The notes under the pieces were generated by a model that was not told where the DNA came from, made no database searches, and was given only the letters and a program-made list of their open reading frames with translations. A stretch of 64,000 nucleotides of DNA from Auanema rhodensis (taxonomy: Eukaryota > Animalia > Nematoda). Below, piece after piece: positions 57,001 through 64,000 of this stretch. How positions within the stretch are numbered: position 1 is the first letter of the stretch; every line of letters begins with the position of its first letter. The position numbers were made by a program, and so were the translations under genes. Location of the stretch: positions 11,904,001-11,968,000 of the forward strand of contig OZ059898.1 of NCBI GenBank assembly GCA_964057225.1, in the 5' to 3' direction.

Positions 57001-58830
57001 CTCGTATAACTTAGATTAAATAAAAACTCTTTGAATTGTAGATCATACAGGTAAAAATAAAAAATTAAATATAATATTCGTATAAACATATATAGATATA
57101 TATATAGATATAATGTCAAAATAATCTGTATTTTATAATATTAATATATATTATTTGAAATATTTTATATATAAGACTATAATTTATAATTTTAATATTA
57201 TATATTTTCATATGAGATTGTCCTGATAACAAATCATGATGATGATAGCGACGATGATGATGTGCATGACGATGATCATGCTTACATCTTCATTCAATTC
57301 ATGACTATTTTGACTATCTTGTTTGAATTTGATGAAAGTAATCATTGAATTTCTAGATGAGAGCTACCGTTTTTCCTCTCTTTTACCTCAACTCACATGC
57401 TAGCTAAATCGTTTTAGTGAGAACCCCAGCCCTTCCCCCCCCCCAACGAAGAACACCTTCTGCTTCTGCTTCTTCTTTTTCTTTCCTTGTTCGTTCAGCT
57501 ATTCGTTATGAGTTGTGCTGCAAGAAACAGTAAACGATGAGCTTTTCTGAGAAATTTTATTTTTTGAAGTTGCTTGGTTACTCTAATACTTACCTCAGTA
57601 CTATCAATCATTTTTAAAATATTATTTTAAAGAAATAAGATTTCAATGTCTGAAATAGGAGAACTGAAAGAAATTTCACTTAAATATTTTTATTTTTGTG
57701 ATTATTATTGTTGTTGTTGTTTCTCCAGCTGCTATTTCTGAATGATGTTGACAGCTTTTCTACCATCTTTATAATGATATTGTTATAGTACGATGTGATG
57801 TATGATAGGGCATACGAAAAAGTATTTTCTCCTTTCTCTCTCTTTCTCTCTATCTCTCTTTCTTTCTCTCTTTCTGTTTATTTCCTTCAGTTTTTCTTTT
57901 TTTCAATTCAATAAAAAGTTTATTTTGGGGCAAATCGGAGGAATATCTTGAATTTTCAATAGAAAAACATTTGAAACAAAATAACTACTAACTGAATTAG
58001 AATTAAGGACGAATATCAATTGCCTATTGATTCCCATATATTTGAAATTTTAGTTTTGCTTTTTAAGAATGAAGCTTCTTATACCAAAAAAGTCTAAAGT
58101 TACAACTTCATTTTGATATTATTGTTTTGTTCTTCAATTACAATTAGGATTAAGCTACATACTATCATATATCTTTCCGTTTAGTTTAGTTTAGTAGATT
58201 ATCGTCACTGACCATTCCTTAGATCATTTTCCTATTTCATTTAAATTCTTTTTTTTTTCTTTTTTTTTTAAATTTTTAACATTAAATAATTATTCTTGAA
58301 GATATCAAAGATTAAATGAATGAAATACTACTATACATGATTTTCCTAACAAAAAAAACATTTTTTATTGTATTTCTTATGATCAAAACAACTTTATATA
58401 ACATTGAATTTAACTTTTTTTCTTTATTCTTTAAGAAATCCAAGATGTAAAAGTTTTTTTTTGCTGATTAGGATAGTAAGGTAGTTGCATCCATGTAGCT
58501 TCTTATGTTTCTCCCTAAAGTATCCTATTCAATTGAATTTTATTCAAAAAAAAGAGATATATAGATGACGATGGATGTAACTCTACAATCTAAACTTTGA
58601 TCACTTGATGTTACAAGATAAATAAAAATTAAAAAAAAAACAAAATCAATTCAAAATCAATTCAAAAATACGAAGAATATTATTAAGTATACAGCATTTA
58701 AGACAATATGATGATGTCTATTTTATTTCATTTTATGTTGTAATTTTCAAGCTGAAAAGCTTCATCTTTTCTATGAAGCAAAATCTAAATTTCATAGTGT
58801 TTTTGCCAAAAAAAAGATAGAAAGAGAGAG

Positions 58831-58839
<9 letters not shown>

Positions 58840-58876
<37 letters not shown>
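58840..58876. repeat. (GA)n microsatellite
   Basis: Direct reading of the sequence. Confidence 0.95.
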
Positions 58877-58886
<10 letters not shown>

Positions 58887-60115
58887 GAAAATGAGAAATT
58901 CCCCGACTGAAAGCGTACTAGTTGATTACATTTGCATTCCATTTTCATACGTACTATATATATATTATATAAAGTTATAATTATATAGATTTTGATAGAT
59001 TTCTAGATAATACAGATGATTTTTCACTTATTTAATCTTGTAATTATATTTTTGTGTAAAGAAATATTTTCTATAGTACTTTTAAAATATATAATTATTG
59101 GATAAACAGTAATAAAAACATATGGGATCATAGTGAGGAGAGCATCAATTTAATAGAATCAAACCATCATCACACTTCTCTACAATTTGCAATTTAGCTT
59201 TGAATTATTTCAAAAATAAAAGAAAAAATATGATTATTGTAAAGTACGTTGTTAAAACTGTCATCTGAAAGCATCATCTTGAGTAAGGACTCCGATTGAG
59301 TAGAGCTCAGTAGCATTGATGAACGCATGAGATGTACGTAGAACGTCTATGTGTCTATATAGTCTATATTCAATTTTAAATTAATTATTTTCTTCTTTTC
59401 TCAATTAAATTTAAAAAAAATATAATTTGTTTAACTATATGTATATAATAACAAATTTTATACAGTATTTTCAAATAGTTATCACTTATATAATATTCAA
59501 ATAATATTTTAAAATATGTGTAATGTAATCTATTTCTATATAAAGTAGATGAAAGATTACTCGATGAGAATGTATGAGTATTCTGATCTCAGGTTGAAAT
59601 AATGTTGTGAATTCAAGAAAATTTCCTCAAATTGAATTGTGGAAGCAATAAAGGAGATCAAATGATGTTTGCGCTCAACTTGAACTGAAAGCTTAATTTC
59701 CTTTCACGTACTAAACGTGTAAGGTGAGATCAAATGAGACTACATACCTTTCAAAGCTGAAGAAATGAATAGAAAGTAATGGAGAGACAACGAGCAAGAT
59801 ATTGAGATATGTGCATTGCAAAGATATGCCAAATGCCTGAAAAGTAGAAGAAAAGGTTCTCAGTTTCATTTCCGAAATAACCCTCAAAACCTGTTAATCT
59901 TTTGTTCTTTCACCTTTTATGTTTTATTCAAATAATAATTAAATATTTCTTAACCTTTAAAATCTTATTTGTTTTATTCTTTTTAATTTATTTTCTATAA
60001 GAATACAAACTCTTGATTCCAGAATATTCTACGACATTTTGTTGAAGCGCATTCGTATTGAAATTGAGTCACATTCATTGTCGTTCGAGAATCTATGTTT
60101 TCTACTTCATTCATT

Positions 60116-60139
60116 TTCTCTTTCTCTCTCTTTCCCTCC

Positions 60140-60174
<35 letters not shown>

Positions 60175-60190
60175 TCTATCTCTCTCTCTT
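60116..60190. repeat. Degenerate (TC)n tract
   Basis: Direct reading of the sequence. Confidence 0.9.
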
Positions 60191-63100
60191 CATATATATA
60201 TATACATATGCACCTCCCATCCTTCTCATAAACTTTTCCATTCTCATTCCTTCATAGGCTATTAGATATATTTCAAATCGTCCATGCGAGTTAATCATCG
60301 GCATATTCGGCTGCTTTTCGCCCCTCTTTTATAATCATGTCATTCATAAGTCAAACTCTTTTCAGCAACATTTGTCATCCGAATCAACTGCAATACATGC
60401 TTCTCATCACTGTCCTGTAGCACATCCAATTAAACAGTTTGACGTCACAGCTTAAATATTTCACTTCGTATCTTCAATTAACGGGGCAATAGATTTCAAT
60501 TATCTAAAAAGATGGTGGTCGTAAGCACACAGTTCGTAATCGTTACTCCTGCACACAAACCTACTCTCTCCCAGCCCTCCCCCACCCGCTTTTCATCACC
60601 ATCTCCATCCTCTTCCTTTTTTTCTGTTTTCTCTGCTCATCACTGGGCAGTTAGTATTTCGATACTCGGTGCAGCTCACTGACCATTCTAGCTGTGGCAT
60701 AAGCCCAGGATTAACCGAATTTTCAACTTACCCTTGTAGCTGTCAGCTATATATTTTTAAAAGAATGCCTTTTCTATTTCCGCCTTTCCTCTTTTCTCGT
60801 TTTTTATTCTTAAATATCCTTACTTTTACTTTTTACATCTACCACATGCTCAATATAGCTTTTTTTTTCTCTTCATGAGCCTGCTTGCTTAAATAACCTT
60901 TTCAAGATCAAGTCCGAGCTTTCCTTTTCCTTCTACCCCGCATCAGATTACATCATGCCCTAGGGAAAATCGAAGTTTTTCTTGTAAATTACTCTTAAAT
61001 ATTTCAACAAAACCAAAAAATTCAATGAAGAAACGGTTGACATAATGAAATTGAATGTCCGATTTACGTAGGTTAAGCAAATCGTATTATGTTTTCAGCT
61101 TTCGTCATTCATTTCTCTGTACATCATCAGCAACTCTTAACAAATCTTCTACACGTAATTCGAATAAAAGTCCTTATTCTCATTTAAACTTTTTCAAACT
61201 TGAACGAATTTGCTTTACTTAACTACAAGAAATCTCTCAATTCGGACTTTGTCCACTTTATCATGCAGCTTACAACTCTCATGTATGTTATATCTAAGAC
61301 AAAACCAGACATGTGTACAACATCATGCCTTTTGCACAGTTTTCCAACTTACTTTTCAAGTTTGCAACTGTTTATAACCTTATACTATGTTTAAATATTC
61401 ATTCAATCCCCTTAATAGATCTATGTGCCTTTTCTATTTTTCTTTTCCTTTTTTTTGCAAAAAGCAAGTTGAATAAATCAATTGAATGATTAAGGAATTT
61501 GTCACTTAATGACTTTTCAAGCTTGCTATTGTCCTTATTTTCATTTTTTTTATCTCAAACTATTGTGTTTATTGTCTACGACAAACTAAAAAAACGAAGA
61601 AATCTATCAACCAAATCACTTCTTGGAACAACAATCCTGTTCAAATTCAAAACTTCATGCATGTCACTAGTGAAGAAGCATCAGAAATGCCGATTTATGT
61701 ATATGTCCATGTGTCTCTAAAACAGCAACTAGGAGTAGCCGATAGATGAATACAGTTGTAGAATTTGTCAAGTTTTTCTTCAATATACGCTGGTATATTC
61801 AAACTTCCTACTTATAAATTAGGCACTAACTATATGTATGTATTATTAGTTATATTCGTTGAAGTATGTACATATATCCAGATGCCTCAAGAGGTATTGT
61901 TCTCATTCTCTTCCTAATAGTCACCTTTATATTTGAGTTCAACTCTCCTTTCTTCTAGTTTTTTGACATTTTTTTCTGTTTTCTCTAGCCATTTACGTAC
62001 GTCAAGACAGACAAATGAAGTTAGAACAGGAGAGCTATGTCTGAGTAATTCTGAAGTCAGGCGTCCAACTTGAATATATCGCTATCGTCAACAACCACAA
62101 AATAATAATATCTTCTTCTGATCCCGATATAGAAATTGTTTCAAGTTATTACTTTGTTTTCTCATTATTTAGGATCCAAAGTTCAGCTTAATCATTACAG
62201 AAATGGATTCGAATTTTGCGGCAAAAAAAACAGAAAAGGAAACATAAAAACATTTTATTCATTATAACTTATGAAGTTCTTTTATTTTTTTATTTAAACT
62301 ATTATTTTTTATATTTCATCTTAGTTTTCTTTATTTCAAACAAAAAGTTTTTTTTGTGGAGGGGAGGGTGGTTATGACATGAACCCATAAATCTGATCTG
62401 TTTCCTCCCTCTGCCCCCTCTCTCTCTCTCTCCCTCTCCCTCTCTCTTTCTATTTTTCTTGAAGTATTACTTCTTATTACTATTCTTGAGTTATTACTTT
62501 TAATAGTACAAGGACAAGTGTCACCCTAACAGCAAATGATCTTCCTGAAATCTTATAATCTATCTCTACATTGAAACACAAGTTTATTATAAACAATAGT
62601 TTGTTTCTTTTATAAAGTATAAAGATAGTTTATTCTATATTTGCATGTTAGAAGGAATATTATCTTTTGATTCGTTTTCTATTGCCCTATTCCTCCCTCC
62701 TCCTCCTCCTCTCTCTCTTTCCCTCCTTTCTCTCCATTTTCTCTCTTTCAATTCGAACTATATGTATTTTCAATTATTTTCATTTCCTTCTATTTTTTTT
62801 TGTCAAATCTTAAGTAACCTACTTTAAGCTGGACACTAAAGAATAATCTTTGATTCAATTTTTAAATTTTTAAAATTTTCCACTAGGTATTTGGTAGTTT
62901 TCTCTTCCGCTATAGAACGTTTTCAACATCTTAATCCAGATAAGAGATGATTATAGTTTTTCTCAGCAATTGCAGAACCAGCATTATGCTGAGCATTGTT
63001 AATGAAAGTATAAAAAATCTTAATATTAATAATCATTATTATTATTATATAATTGTATTTTTTTAGTTTATCACAAGAACGTTATTCTTTAAAATCTGCA

Positions 63101-64000
63101 GTATATCTATTTGACTGTACTGCTTGACACCATCAGTTTTAGGAGAAATTTTGGAAGTTTAAAAATAAAATAAAAGTTTTTAAAATGAATTGAAAATAAG
63201 CTTTTTATGCTTTAAAATTAAATTAAGTTGTTTAAAATGATTTTGAAATACGCAAAAGCTTTGAATTATTTATTTTGTTTCTTAAATCACCTTTTACCTT
63301 CAAGACGCTACAGAAGTAGTTCACTCTTTCCTGCATTCATGATCTCAATCATTTCTTTTTAGTTCAAATTTATTCTTATTTAGAGAAATAAGAATAAATT
63401 TCCTTCCTTTTCATCATTTTCTCAAGTACTTTGAAATCAAAATGATACTAATATTGTTGGAGTTATACTAATACTTCAATGACCTGTCTCTATACAGGCT
63501 TTAGGTTTGTTTCTAGCTGCAAATCCTTCCTTAAGTTTGTCTCTCGTTGACGTCAAACTTCTTTCTACTCTTAGATAATAGTAAAATTGACTATTCAGTT
63601 TGTTTATTCTGTTCGTTTCCGCTTCAGAAGTTTAAGATTCTCGTTTTTACTTCCAAATTATCTTTTGTATAGATTTTGTTCATGAGATAGAGAAGAAGAT
63701 GTAACTTCAAAACTCGAGTCAATATGATAGAATTCTAAAGACCCTCCACTGGCAAACGCCAAGAACCATCATGATCACATCTATCTTTCATATATTTTAT
63801 AAGTAAATAGCTTAACTATTTAAATATTTTATTTTTTTTTCATTTTTAGTTTTCAATATATGTAGATTAGTGGAACATTCATCAATTCTTTTGTTTGCTT
63901 CAAGTTTAGAATGATGTAACATAAGTTGCTCAATATGCTGGAAAATCGGAATCAGCTTATATGTATAAGTTCATTTTCAATTAAGCGTATCAACATATCC

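Noticed and set aside
61985-62250. Possible + strand first exons near 62 kb
   Set aside because: The ATG-initiated frames stop within ~15 codons, and I found no convincing donor or downstream exon in the window.
12480-62827. Many ORFs containing SLSLSL, ERERER, poly-M or poly-S
   Set aside because: These are translations of (TC)n, (GA)n, (GAT)n and (GAA)n microsatellites.
1-64000. Transposons, CRISPR arrays, rRNA, prokaryotic systems
   Set aside because: No transposase or RT ORF, no terminal inverted repeat pair with target-site duplication, no spaced direct-repeat array and no rRNA motifs seen. The gene structure is clearly spliceosomal.

Overview
This is an AT-rich, intron-dense eukaryotic window, almost certainly from a nematode: most introns are about 45-60 nt, acceptors are TTTCAG/TTTAG, and one gene is a nematode-type globin. 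I reconstructed three spliced genes by hand. (1) Signal recognition particle receptor alpha on +, 5'-truncated by the window edge, stop at 2880-2882. (2) A convergent ~405-aa globin with long N- and C-terminal extensions on - (10247->3444). (3) An EVI5-family TBC/Rab-GAP plus coiled-coil gene on - (40364, or possibly 44493, ->22239; ~830-860 aa). I found no supportable protein-coding gene in ~10.3-22.2 kb or ~45-64 kb. Most short ORFs in the track are artefacts of (GA)n/(TC)n microsatellites. I see no mobile element, CRISPR, rRNA or intact tRNA, and no clearly new multi-gene system. The best leads are at the EVI5 locus: a hidden in-frame internal first exon predicting a GAP-less, coiled-coil-only isoform; a GC-AG intron; a further upstream first exon whose leader holds an ORF with a synonymously diverged HRLWP repeat and a stem over its acceptor; and a C-terminal DSG degron-like motif that intron retention would remove. 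All exon models come from splice signals and frame continuity, not from transcript data.
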